This document shows positions 28,177-37,176 of a stretch of 64,000 bases of DNA, piece by piece. Numbering within the stretch: the stretch's first letter is position 1; each line of letters opens with the position of its first letter. Location: contig OZ241869.1 of assembly GCA_965202805.1 (NCBI GenBank), forward strand, positions 3,104,001 to 3,168,000. The letters are read 5' to 3'. The stretch comes from Longimicrobiales bacterium (lineage in GTDB: Bacteria; Gemmatimonadota; Gemmatimonadetes; Longimicrobiales; Gaopeijiaceae). Made by a program: the position numbers and the translations under genes. Below the pieces are notes generated by a model. The model saw only the letters and a list, made by a program, of their open reading frames with translations. It did no database searches and had not been told where the DNA came from.

Positions 28177-29802
28177 TCACGACCGGGGCCTGATGCGGCG
28201 GCGGCCCGAGCCAGCCCTGGGCTGGGAAGGGCCGCGCGCGTGCTCTCGGTGATAGTCCACGCGCACGCTGCGGCCACCCAGAGTGATTCCGTTGAGGGCC
28301 CGCACCACCTTCTCCGCCACCTCCTGGCGGATCTCGACGCGCGTGAAGGTCTCCTGGATCTCGATCCTGCCCACCTGGCCGCGCTCGATTCCGGCCTGGT
28401 CCACGGCGGCCGCCAACAGGTCGCCCGGTCCGATGCCGTCGCGCGAGCCCACGCTCATGAACAGGCGCACCCAGGCCTTGGCCCGAACCGGAAGCTCGAC
28501 TGCGGCCGGGGACGCCGCGGGTCTGGTGGCATCCCGGCCGGCCTCCCCTTCGGCTCGCTTGCGATGCGCTGCAGGGTCTTTCGCCGCCCGCCCCGCCAGG
28601 CGGCTCGCGGCCGCCGCCACCTCCACCGGGTCGTAGCGCTCCAGCAGCGGGTCCAGAAGCAGCATTTCGGAGGCGAGGTCCTCTTCCTCGAGAATGCGCA
28701 GCAACTCCGAGCGCCGGCGTTCGAGTCCGGAATGGGCGCCGGCGTGAGGAGGCATCGGAAGCGGTCGCAGGCTGCAGCCCGCCTCGGTCGCGACCGCCTT
28801 CAGGTGAGCCAGTTCCCGACCCAGCACCAGCACCGCGGCGGCGCCTCCGGGACCGTGTCGACGAAGCAGCGCGGCGGCTCCGGCCGGCACGTCGACGCTC
28901 AACGTCGCCACGCTGGCCGCGCCGTCCATCCCCTCGAGGATGGAGGACCCGGTGCCGTCTCCCTCCGCCGAGAGCCAGATCGGCGCGTCCGGATCGCCGG
29001 GAGCGCCTGCCTGGAAACCGTGCAGCGACAGCAGGTCGCCCACATCCACGGCATGATCGTCGGAGGCGCAGAAGACCAGCAGGTGGCGCGCGCCCTCCTC
29101 CAGGATCTCGGACGCGGTTCGAACGATATCGACATCATCCTTGCGGCAGATGCGATAGAGGATGACGCCGCGAACTGGCCCGGTCTCCCCTTCCGGCCGA
29201 GGGCCGGAGCCCGCAACATGCCCCGCCTTCCTGGCATGTGCGCGCGCAAACGATTCCACCTCCGGTGTGACCGGCAGCGAAACAACGACCCGCTGCGCCG
29301 TCGCGGGCACGAAGGCAATCAACGTCTCGAGATCATCGAGGCCGTCCGACCGCTGGATGGTCGCGGCGCCGTCCACCACCAGCGCCCGAAGGCCCTCCAG
29401 GCGCAGCCGCGAATTCCGCACCGCCGCCAGCAGGTCGGAAGGGGTGGCAAAGAGGATGTCGGAACGCTCCGGGGAAGCCCAGGGCGACCCCAGGGCAGCG
29501 ACCGCGTGCCCGGTCGCGATCGCAAGCCGCCCGAGGGAGGTGGCCAGCGCCGCCGCCGCCGCCGCCGAAGCCGTGAGCACGACCGTCCTGGGCGTCGTCC
29601 TCTCCGCGTCGACCCGCTCGAGCAGGGGCGCACCGTACGCCACCAGCGTTCCGCTGCCCGGCCCCGCCCGCACGAGCGCGTTGTTGCCGCGCCGCAGAAG
29701 CGGGACCACGTTCCGCTGCAGCGGAGTGGGGCGCTCCATGCCCTCGGCGGCGAGGGCTTCCACCAGTTCCGGCGGGAGCCCGAGTTCCTCGAAGGAGTCC
29801 AC
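28177..29802 (-). CDS. Degenerate DeaD-like helicase-fold protein with DbpA RNA-binding domain
   Basis: Q motif FEELGL..PTPLQ; altered motifs I (GPGSGTL) and II (VVDGA); C-terminal RLFMSVGSRDGIGPGDL..VGRIEI. Confidence 0.8.
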   Translation of the reverse strand: MDSFEELGLPPELVEALAAEGMERPTPLQRNVVPLLRRGNNALVRAGPGSGTLVAYGAPLLERVDAERTTPRTVVLTASAAAAAALATSLGRLAIATGHAVAALGSPWASPERSDILFATPSDLLAAVRNSRLRLEGLRALVVDGAATIQRSDGLDDLETLIAFVPATAQRVVVSLPVTPEVESFARAHARKAGHVAGSGPRPEGETGPVRGVILYRICRKDDVDIVRTASEILEEGARHLLVFCASDDHAVDVGDLLSLHGFQAGAPGDPDAPIWLSAEGDGTGSSILEGMDGAASVATLSVDVPAGAAALLRRHGPGGAAAVLVLGRELAHLKAVATEAGCSLRPLPMPPHAGAHSGLERRRSELLRILEEEDLASEMLLLDPLLERYDPVEVAAAASRLAGRAAKDPAAHRKRAEGEAGRDATRPAASPAAVELPVRAKAWVRLFMSVGSRDGIGPGDLLAAAVDQAGIERGQVGRIEIQETFTRVEIRQEVAEKVVRALNGITLGGRSVRVDYHREHARGPSQPRAGSGRRRIRPRS

Positions 29803-29804
29803 GA

Positions 29805-30107
29805 TCAGGACGGATCCCCGGATCCCGGCCCGCCCCGGTCACCCGGCTCGTAGGGCAGGTTGTTGAGGAACTTCTGGATCTCGTAGTCGATGCGGGACGT
29901 GCGCAGCCGGTCCGTCGAGGCGGTCACCGACGTATACATCCCGTGCCGGTGGACCGAGAGCGTGAGGGTTCCCTCCTCGCCCGTGTAGGTCGCCTCGTGC
30001 GACGAACCGCGGGAGCGGGCCAGCCCGACACGGTCCGGGAGGATCTCTTCGGCCCGCGCCATCACTCCGGCCGGCGAAAGCGCCGTCTTCCTCTGATATC
30101 CGGCCAT
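29805..30107 (-). CDS. Hypothetical protein (100 aa)
   Basis: GAGG RBS; good codon bias; 2 nt upstream of the DeaD-like gene. Confidence 0.75.
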   Translation of the reverse strand: MAGYQRKTALSPAGVMARAEEILPDRVGLARSRGSSHEATYTGEEGTLTLSVHRHGMYTSVTASTDRLRTSRIDYEIQKFLNNLPYEPGDRGGPGSGDPS

Positions 30108-30229
30108 CTGCGCCTCTTGCTCTCTGGTTGTTGTTGGACCCGGGAGGTCCCGCAGGCCTCCTCATCGACGACCGCCGGCCCGCGGACGCCCGCCCCGCGG
30201 CATTCGCGCGGTGATGCATCCGCCGGGTG

Positions 30230-30814
30230 CTACCCCGAAGCGGCCGCCCGGAGAAAGCGAAGCAGCTCCTGCCGGCCGGGCAGCCCTTCGAGTCTGCGCC
30301 CGCCCGCCTCGACCGTGGGCGGTCCCCGAACTCCGCCCCGCAGCGCGGCCTCGCGCATCTCCTCGATTTCCGGCGCGTAGCGGTCCACGTCGAGCACCGC
30401 TCTCGCCTCGGTGGCGTCCAGCCCCGCCTCTTGCGCCAGCGCGATCAGCACGTCGATGCGGCCGATGTCCGTCCTCCCTTCAAAGAACGACCGGAACAGT
30501 GCCGCATGCATCGCTTCGCAGCAACCCTTCGCGCGCGCATGCAGGAACAGTTCGTGCGCCTTGCGGCTCCAGGGCATCCCGTGTGGAATCGGGATCTCCA
30601 GCCCGTAGTCCGCGGCCCCCTTCTGCACGGCGTGGCACCGGGACTTCCACGCTTCGGATTCGGGGTCGATCGGCGGCAACGGGGGGCGCCGGAGTTCGAA
30701 TGGGCGGCGGGCCAGCGTCACCCCGTCCGGTACCAGGGCGTGGAGCACCTGGTCCAGCAGGTAGCACGCGGGATCGACATAGTCGAAGTAGAAGATGACC
30801 TCGGCTTCGTCCAT
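30230..30814 (-). CDS. DSBA-like thioredoxin-fold protein (FrnE/HCCA isomerase-like)
   Basis: FYFDYVDPACY, PFELR, SRKAHEL, ALFRSFF..DIG, GVRGPPT. Confidence 0.82.
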   Translation of the reverse strand: MDEAEVIFYFDYVDPACYLLDQVLHALVPDGVTLARRPFELRRPPLPPIDPESEAWKSRCHAVQKGAADYGLEIPIPHGMPWSRKAHELFLHARAKGCCEAMHAALFRSFFEGRTDIGRIDVLIALAQEAGLDATEARAVLDVDRYAPEIEEMREAALRGGVRGPPTVEAGGRRLEGLPGRQELLRFLRAAASG

Positions 30815-31055
30815 GGGGCGGAATCTCGCGGGCCGCCGGGCACCCTGCAATACGAAGATGACCTCCGTGGCCCGCCCGCCGGAGGCCGGGGTCCGTTGAC
30901 CCGCGCACGGGGACAGCCTCGATCCGCGTCCACCGGCGCGCGTCGGGGACGGAGCTTGATCCCGCGCTTCCGCCGGGGCAACTTGGTGGCGCGTCCGCCC
31001 GCGATGTTTCGGGCGGTGCTCCAGCCACGATCCCCCTGCTCCCGGTTCGCCGCCC

Positions 31056-32240
31056 ATGACATTCAGCGAGAACGTCGCCCGACTCCAGCCGTCCGCCACC
31101 ATGGCCGTCAGCTCGCTGGCCAAGCGCCTGCGCGCGGAGGGGCGGGACATCATCGACCTGAGCGCCGGCGAGCCGGACTTCGATACCCCGTCCTGGCTGG
31201 TGGACGCGGCCGTGGAGGGGGTGCGCGCGGGAGCCACCCGCTACACCCCCGCCGCCGGAATGCCGGACCTGCGCGCTGCCATCGCCGATTCGCTCGTCGC
31301 CCGCGGCGCCGATGCGGCATGGAACGACGTCGTGGTCACCGCAGGAGCCAAGCAGGCGCTCTTCAACGCCTGCTTCACCTTCTTCGGCCCGGGCGACGAG
31401 GTGATGATCGCCTCGCCCTACTGGACCAGCTATCCGGAGATGGTCACGCTCTCTCGCGCCGAGCCGGTCTTCGTCCAGGGGCCCGCGGAGAAGAACTTCG
31501 TGCTTCGTCCCGAGGACCTGGAGGCCGCCCGCACCGAGCGCACCCGCGGGCTCATCATGTGCTCGCCCAGCAACCCCACCGGAGCCGTCTACACGCGCGA
31601 CGAACTCGCCGCGGTGGCGCGCTGGGCGAGGGACAACGACGTTCGGCTCATCAACGACGAGATCTATCGCCACATCCACTTCGACGGCCACGGGACGGCG
31701 CCCGGGCTCCTGGAGCTGGACCCGGGGGACGTCGGTCCCTTCGTGCTCATCGACGGCGTCTCGAAGGCCTTCGCAATGACCGGATGGCGCATCGGCTTCT
31801 CCTACTGCGAGGGAGCCGGCGCGAAGAAGATGGCCGCCTTCCAGAGCCACACCACCTCCAACCCCGCCACCCCCTCCCAGCTCGCCGCGCTCGCAGCCTA
31901 CAGCGACGTGGAGCGCTCGCTCGGGGACATCGCGCAGATGGCGGAAGCGTACGAACGGCGTCAGCGCCTCGTGGTCTCGCTCATGCGCGAGCTCCTGCCC
32001 GATCTGTCGTTCGTCGAACCCGGCGGCGCCTTCTACCTCTTCTTCCGGGTGGACTCGGCCTGCGGCCCGGACGAGGGCTCGAGTGATTTCTGCACCCGCA
32101 TGCTGGAGGAAGCCGGCGTGGCCCTGGTCCCCGGCTCGGCCTTCGGCGACGACCGCTACGCGCGCATGAGCTTCGCCACCTCCGACGACCTGCTCAGCGA
32201 GGCGATTCGTCGGATGGCGCGTGTGCTGGGGGGTGGTTGA
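31056..32240 (+). CDS. PLP-dependent class I aminotransferase (aspartate aminotransferase-like)
   Basis: GEPDFDTP, GAKQAL, SPSNPTG, DEIY, SKAFAMTGWRIG, GAFY, VPGSAFG. Confidence 0.93.
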   Translation: MTFSENVARLQPSATMAVSSLAKRLRAEGRDIIDLSAGEPDFDTPSWLVDAAVEGVRAGATRYTPAAGMPDLRAAIADSLVARGADAAWNDVVVTAGAKQALFNACFTFFGPGDEVMIASPYWTSYPEMVTLSRAEPVFVQGPAEKNFVLRPEDLEAARTERTRGLIMCSPSNPTGAVYTRDELAAVARWARDNDVRLINDEIYRHIHFDGHGTAPGLLELDPGDVGPFVLIDGVSKAFAMTGWRIGFSYCEGAGAKKMAAFQSHTTSNPATPSQLAALAAYSDVERSLGDIAQMAEAYERRQRLVVSLMRELLPDLSFVEPGGAFYLFFRVDSACGPDEGSSDFCTRMLEEAGVALVPGSAFGDDRYARMSFATSDDLLSEAIRRMARVLGGG

Positions 32241-32706
32241 GACTCTCCAGCAGCCCCCGGCACGACCGCTCGACGATCCGGAAACACTCCTCGAACCCGC
32301 GTCTGCCCCCGTAATAGGGGTCGGGGACATCCTTGTTGCGGCCGGCCTCGGGATCGAACTCGCGCAGGAGGTGCAGACGGGCGGAGCCGTGCGAGGACCG
32401 CCGCAGCGCCGCCAGATGTGCGAGATTGCTGCGGTCCATCGCGATCACGTAGTCGAAGTCGCTCATGTCGCTCGCGCCTACCCGGCGGGCATGTCCAGGC
32501 AACTCGACTCCATGAGCGCGGCCGACCGCCAGGGCACGCGAATCGGGGCGCTCGCCCACATGCCAGGATCCGGTTCCGGCGGAATCGACGCGCACGTCGA
32601 CATCGGCCTGGTTCGCGAGATGGATGAAGACGCCTTCCGCCAGGGGAGACCGGCAGATGTTGCCTAAACACACGAAAAGTATTGAGGTTACGGCGGAATC
32701 CGTCAT
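32194..32706 (-). CDS. Low molecular weight protein-tyrosine phosphatase
   Basis: FVCLGNICRSP P-loop, DSAGT, DVPDPYYG; 3' end overlaps the aminotransferase. Confidence 0.93.
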   Translation of the reverse strand: MTDSAVTSILFVCLGNICRSPLAEGVFIHLANQADVDVRVDSAGTGSWHVGERPDSRALAVGRAHGVELPGHARRVGASDMSDFDYVIAMDRSNLAHLAALRRSSHGSARLHLLREFDPEAGRNKDVPDPYYGGRRGFEECFRIVERSCRGLLESLNHPPAHAPSDESPR

Positions 32707-32739
32707 GTGTGAGGAGAGCGCTTGAGGCTGATATCGGGG

Positions 32740-34020
32740 ATGAATTCGGAAGACGGCGGGATGCCGGAAGTTACATCGTTCGGGGACATGGGCCTATCCC
32801 CCGAGACCCTCGCCGCCGTGGAGGCGCTGGGCTGGAGCCGGCCGACCCCGGTGCAGCGCCGGGCGATTCCGCCGGGGCTGGAGGGCCGGGACATCGTCGG
32901 CATCGCGCAGACCGGGACGGGCAAGACGGGCGCCTTTCTCCTCCCCGTGCTGGAACGCGCTGTCCCGGGCGACGGTCTTCAGGCGCTCGTTCTCTGCCCC
33001 ACCCGCGAACTGGCCCAGCAGGTGCTTGGAGACGCGGTTGCCCTCTCTCGCGGGAGAACCCTGCGGTGTGCCGCGATCGTCGGCGGGGTGGGCTACGGGC
33101 CGCAGCGCGCCGCACTTGAAACCGGCACGGAACTGATCGCCGCCACCCCGGGGCGCTTCATCGATCACATGCGCCGCGGGCAGGCGGATCTGAGGCGGGT
33201 CGGCTTCCTGGTCCTGGACGAGGCCGATCGCATGCTCGACATGGGCTTCCGTCCCCAGATCGAGAGTGTCCTCAGGAGGGTGCCCAGGGAGCGCCAGACG
33301 ATGCTCTTCTCGGCCACCATGCCGCACGGCGTTCACGCGCTTTCGCTCCAGGTCACCCGCGACCCGGTGCGCATCGAGGTGGCGCCTTCCGGAACGACCG
33401 CGGAGGGAATCGACGAGCGGGTGTACTCCGTCAAACCGGGGAAGAAGGCGGATCTGCTGGTCCGGCTCCTGTCCGGTCCGGACTGGGACCAGGTGCTCGT
33501 CTTCACCCGCACCAAGCGCGGCGCCGACATGCTGCTCACCCGGCTCAAGCGCGAGGGCATCTCGGTGGATGTCATGCACTCCGACCGCCAGATGCGCCAT
33601 CGGGTGCGGGCGCTCGACCGCTTCGCGACGGGAGGGGTGCGCGTCCTGGTGGCCACCGACATCGCCCAGCGCGGTCTGGACGTGGAAGGCATCTCGCACG
33701 TGGTCAACTACGACATCCCGCTCGACCCCGGCGACTACGTCCACCGCATCGGACGGACGGCGCGGGCGGGCGCGGCGGGCACGGCGGTCAGCTTCCTGAC
33801 CGCGCCGGACCTCGCGTACCTCAAGTCCATAGAACTCCTGCTGGGACGCACCCTGGAGCGCATCCATCTGCCCGAGTTCGACTACGCCGGGACGCCCGTC
33901 GAGCAGCGCGATGAAGGGGCCCGGCGGCGGCATCCGCGATCCGCGCGCGGCTTCGGGTCCAAATCCGCGGACACGCTCTCGCCCGAGGAGCTGGAACGTC
34001 TTCTGGGGCGGCGCTCATAG
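32740..34020 (+). CDS. DEAD-box RNA helicase (RhlE-like), intact
   Basis: AQTGTGKT, PTRELA, TPGR, DEAD, SAT, QRGLD, YVHRIGRTAR; start 32740 or 32761. Confidence 0.93.
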   Translation: MNSEDGGMPEVTSFGDMGLSPETLAAVEALGWSRPTPVQRRAIPPGLEGRDIVGIAQTGTGKTGAFLLPVLERAVPGDGLQALVLCPTRELAQQVLGDAVALSRGRTLRCAAIVGGVGYGPQRAALETGTELIAATPGRFIDHMRRGQADLRRVGFLVLDEADRMLDMGFRPQIESVLRRVPRERQTMLFSATMPHGVHALSLQVTRDPVRIEVAPSGTTAEGIDERVYSVKPGKKADLLVRLLSGPDWDQVLVFTRTKRGADMLLTRLKREGISVDVMHSDRQMRHRVRALDRFATGGVRVLVATDIAQRGLDVEGISHVVNYDIPLDPGDYVHRIGRTARAGAAGTAVSFLTAPDLAYLKSIELLLGRTLERIHLPEFDYAGTPVEQRDEGARRRHPRSARGFGSKSADTLSPEELERLLGRRS

Positions 34021-34106
34021 CAGCCCGTGGACAGGCTCCCCCCGGCATTCGAGCGGCGATGCATCCACGGACTGCCGGAAGACCTCCACCCGAGAACGGA
34101 CCAACC

Positions 34107-34514
34107 ATGATCCTGAAGCGTTACGGCACCAGGCTGCACAGCGTCCAGCCCGATTTCGATTCCCGCGCCCTTACCGAGATCGGCTTCCGCCGTGACCGGC
34201 GGCTGTCGCTCGGCGCGGCCGATTTCGCGGAACAGTACGAGGCCGTGGAAACGGTGGAGCTGTCCGCGGATGCGGATGGCCCGGTCCACGACCAGGCGGA
34301 ACAGGAGCTGCTGCGTAATCTCGAACAGGCGCTGCTCCGGGTCGAAGCCGATGCGGGCGAGGGCGTGGTGGTGATCGAGAGCGCCCAGGGAGTCGACTAT
34401 CCCAAGACCCGCGACCGGAAGCAGAACCAGGTTCGCCAGGGCCGGAACCGGCTCTACTTCCACTGGACCGTCGACCCGCCGCTGCGGGTCGGCGTTTTCC
34501 GCCGCCGCCGGTGA
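34107..34514 (+). CDS. Hypothetical protein (135 aa)
   Basis: Clean ORF with strong codon bias; MILKRYGT..TEIGFRRD..DYPKTR. Confidence 0.75.
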   Translation: MILKRYGTRLHSVQPDFDSRALTEIGFRRDRRLSLGAADFAEQYEAVETVELSADADGPVHDQAEQELLRNLEQALLRVEADAGEGVVVIESAQGVDYPKTRDRKQNQVRQGRNRLYFHWTVDPPLRVGVFRRRR

Positions 34515-34605
34515 ATCCAATCCGGTCGTTCGGCGTATTACTGGTCATGCGGGCCCTGTCAGGGTGACGCGGCTCGCCGCAGGTATAGATGCAAGGAGGT
34601 TGACG

Positions 34606-34767
34606 ATGCTCATCCGCAGATCCAGTACCCGTTTCAGGGGACGCAGGGACTACACCCTGTCCAGCATGCGCGAGACCCGGCCGACGGCGAGCGAGAGGCT
34701 GCTCGGCAGGGAACCCCGCCCCGTCGCCACACAGTCCCGGCAGGAACGGACGGCCGACGCCGGGTGA
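34606..34767 (+). CDS. Small Arg-rich protein (53 aa)
   Basis: AAGGAGGT Shine-Dalgarno 5 nt before ATG; followed by a terminator. Confidence 0.65.
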   Translation: MLIRRSSTRFRGRRDYTLSSMRETRPTASERLLGREPRPVATQSRQERTADAG

Positions 34768-34810
34768 TCCCCGCGGTCCCGTAAGCAGGCCGGGCTGACA
34801 CACCTACACG

Positions 34811-34851
34811 AAAACGGAGCCCCGAGGATGGTCTCGGGGCTCCGTTGCTTT
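34811..34851. terminator. Bidirectional intrinsic terminator
   Basis: 14-bp stem AACGGAGCCCCGAG / CTCGGGGCTCCGTT with A-run on the left and T-rich tail on the right, between convergent genes. Confidence 0.85.
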
Positions 34852-34868
34852 CCTGGCCGGGACCGGCT

Positions 34869-36896
34869 TCAGCGTGCGCCGTCCTCCGTCACCGGCGCCG
34901 GCGTCCTCCACCTCTCGAACCAGCTGCGCAGGTAGAGCTGGGTGCGCAGGAAGTTGGACGGGTTGCTCGAGGTGCCGTGCCACTCGTCCTTGAAGCGCAC
35001 CATGGCCGCGGGGACCTTCAGGACCCGCAGCGCCTGGTAGAACTCCTCCGTCTGCGCCATCGGCGTGCGCAGATCCATCTCGCCGGTCATGAGCATGGTG
35101 GGGGTGGTCACGTTGCCCACGTACATCAGCGGGGAGCGGCGCAGGTGCTCGGAGGGGTCGTCCCAGGGGAAGTGCTCGAAGTTCTTGTACCAGGTGGCTC
35201 CGTCGGTCGTGCCGACGAACGACAGCCAGTTGGTGACCGGGCAGTTCGCGGACGCCGCCCGGAAGCGGTCGGTGTGGCCGACGACCCATGAGGTCAGCAC
35301 GCCGCCCCCCGAGCAGCCGTAGACGAACATGTTGTCGGTGTCGACGTAGCCCTGCGCGATCACCTCGTCGACGCCGTTCATCAGGTCGTTGTAGTCCTTG
35401 CCCGGATAGGCGTTCTTGATCGCGTTGCCGAAGGCGCTGCCGTAGCCCGAGCTGCCGCGCGGGTTGGTGTAGAGCACCACGTAGCCGTTGGCCGCGTGGT
35501 TCTGCCAGCCGAAGTTGAAGCCCACGTTGTACATCCCGTGGGGTCCGCCATGGATCGCGAGGATGAGGGGATAGCGCTGTGAGGGATCGAAGTCGGGCGG
35601 CTTGATGATCCAGCCCTGGATGTCGAAGTCGTCGACGGACTTGTACCAGATCTCCTCGACTTCGCCGAGCCTGACGTCGGCCAGGATGTCGTCGTTGACG
35701 CGCGTGAGCTGCCGGATGTCGCCGGGACTGTCGAGCCCGAAGGAGATGACGTCGCCGGTCTCGTGGTAGCTCGTGAGGGTGCCGACCGCGCGGCCGCGCT
35801 CGTCGATCGTGGTGACGGCGAGCATGTGGTTCCCGCTGGTCACCGCGCGCGGCTCGCCGCTCACCGGGGCGAACCAGAGGTTCGAGTTGCCCGTCATCGC
35901 GGCAGTGAAGTACACCCCGCTGCCGTCCCGGGCCCAGGTGACGCCTGAGAGGCGGCGTCCCAGCTCGCCGCCGATGCGCCGTGAGCCCGAGCCGTCCGCG
36001 TTCATCAGGTAGAGGCCGGTCTCGACGTAGGTGTCGTCGGACCAGTCGTTGGCCTGGTAGGCGATCAGGCTGCCGTCGGGAGAGGGGACCGGGCTCCCGT
36101 CGGGGCCGCGGTGGTCGGTGATCTGGCGAATCGCGCGCGAGCGCACGTCCACGGCGTAGATCTCGGACTCGCGCCAGGTCTTGTCGATGTCCTCGGAGTC
36201 CTCGATGCGCAGCGACTGGAAGACGATCTCCGAGCCGTCGGGCATCCAGCGGGGAGCGGCGTGGTTCCAGTCGCCGTCGGTGAGCTGGCGCGGGGTGCCG
36301 CCTTCCGCAGGCACCAGGAAAAGGTGCTGGAAGCCGTCGTCGATGTAGCCCCGGCGGTCACGGCGGTAGGTCAGCCGGGTGACGATCTTGGGGGCCTCGG
36401 TCCAGCGCGCGCCCTCGGGCGGCGAGGGCATGTCGATCGCCCAGCGTTCGTCCGACGGCACCGTCATGACGAAGGAGATGTGGGTGCCGTCCGGCGACCA
36501 GGCGATGTCCGACGGGCCTTCTTCCAGACGGGTGATCTGCGTGGTGGCGCCCTCCGCGTCCATCCAGCGCACGAAGATCTGCGAGTCCCTCAGGAAGGCG
36601 ATGCGGGTGCCGTCGGGCGACCAGCGCGGGCTCGATCCCTCGAGCAGGAAGCGGGCGCGCGAGCCGTCGGCGTTCATTACCCAGACCGACGAGGCCCGGC
36701 GATCGTCCTGCTGGTCCACCCAGGACCGCGTGTAGACGATTCGGCTGCCGTCGGGGGAGATGCGGGGATCGGCCACCCACTCCCAGTCCAGGTACTTGTC
36801 GAGGGACAGAACCTCTCCCTCCTGGGCGGATACCTGGGGCGCGAGGGCGAGCAGCAGGAACAGCGGGATCATTGGGGATCGGCGGACCATCTTCAT
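34869..36896 (-). CDS. S9 family peptidase (acylaminoacyl/dipeptidyl peptidase-like)
   Basis: Signal peptide; WSPDG propeller repeats; IHGGP, GCSGGG nucleophile, GEMDLR, EWHG. Confidence 0.92.
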   Translation of the reverse strand: MKMVRRSPMIPLFLLLALAPQVSAQEGEVLSLDKYLDWEWVADPRISPDGSRIVYTRSWVDQQDDRRASSVWVMNADGSRARFLLEGSSPRWSPDGTRIAFLRDSQIFVRWMDAEGATTQITRLEEGPSDIAWSPDGTHISFVMTVPSDERWAIDMPSPPEGARWTEAPKIVTRLTYRRDRRGYIDDGFQHLFLVPAEGGTPRQLTDGDWNHAAPRWMPDGSEIVFQSLRIEDSEDIDKTWRESEIYAVDVRSRAIRQITDHRGPDGSPVPSPDGSLIAYQANDWSDDTYVETGLYLMNADGSGSRRIGGELGRRLSGVTWARDGSGVYFTAAMTGNSNLWFAPVSGEPRAVTSGNHMLAVTTIDERGRAVGTLTSYHETGDVISFGLDSPGDIRQLTRVNDDILADVRLGEVEEIWYKSVDDFDIQGWIIKPPDFDPSQRYPLILAIHGGPHGMYNVGFNFGWQNHAANGYVVLYTNPRGSSGYGSAFGNAIKNAYPGKDYNDLMNGVDEVIAQGYVDTDNMFVYGCSGGGVLTSWVVGHTDRFRAASANCPVTNWLSFVGTTDGATWYKNFEHFPWDDPSEHLRRSPLMYVGNVTTPTMLMTGEMDLRTPMAQTEEFYQALRVLKVPAAMVRFKDEWHGTSSNPSNFLRTQLYLRSWFERWRTPAPVTEDGAR

Positions 36897-37176
36897 CCTC
36901 CGGAAAAGCAAGGGCACTCTTGAGCCTCCGAAAACTCGGGAACGGAAACGAAAGCTACCGGAGTCGAAACTCGCGGGCCAGAGAGTCCGGGAGTCATGGC
37001 TGGAGACGCGCCGCGAGGCGGCTCAGCCGACGGGTGCCGGATACGGGTTGCGGGATCGGGTGGCTTCGCCGTCTCCGGGGCATTTGCTCCCGCGCCTCGG
37101 GTGCCCCCACATTCCGGGTCTGTACGGTTCGAGCGCCAGCACGTCTGGTGTGCCACGTGATTCCGGAGAGACCATC

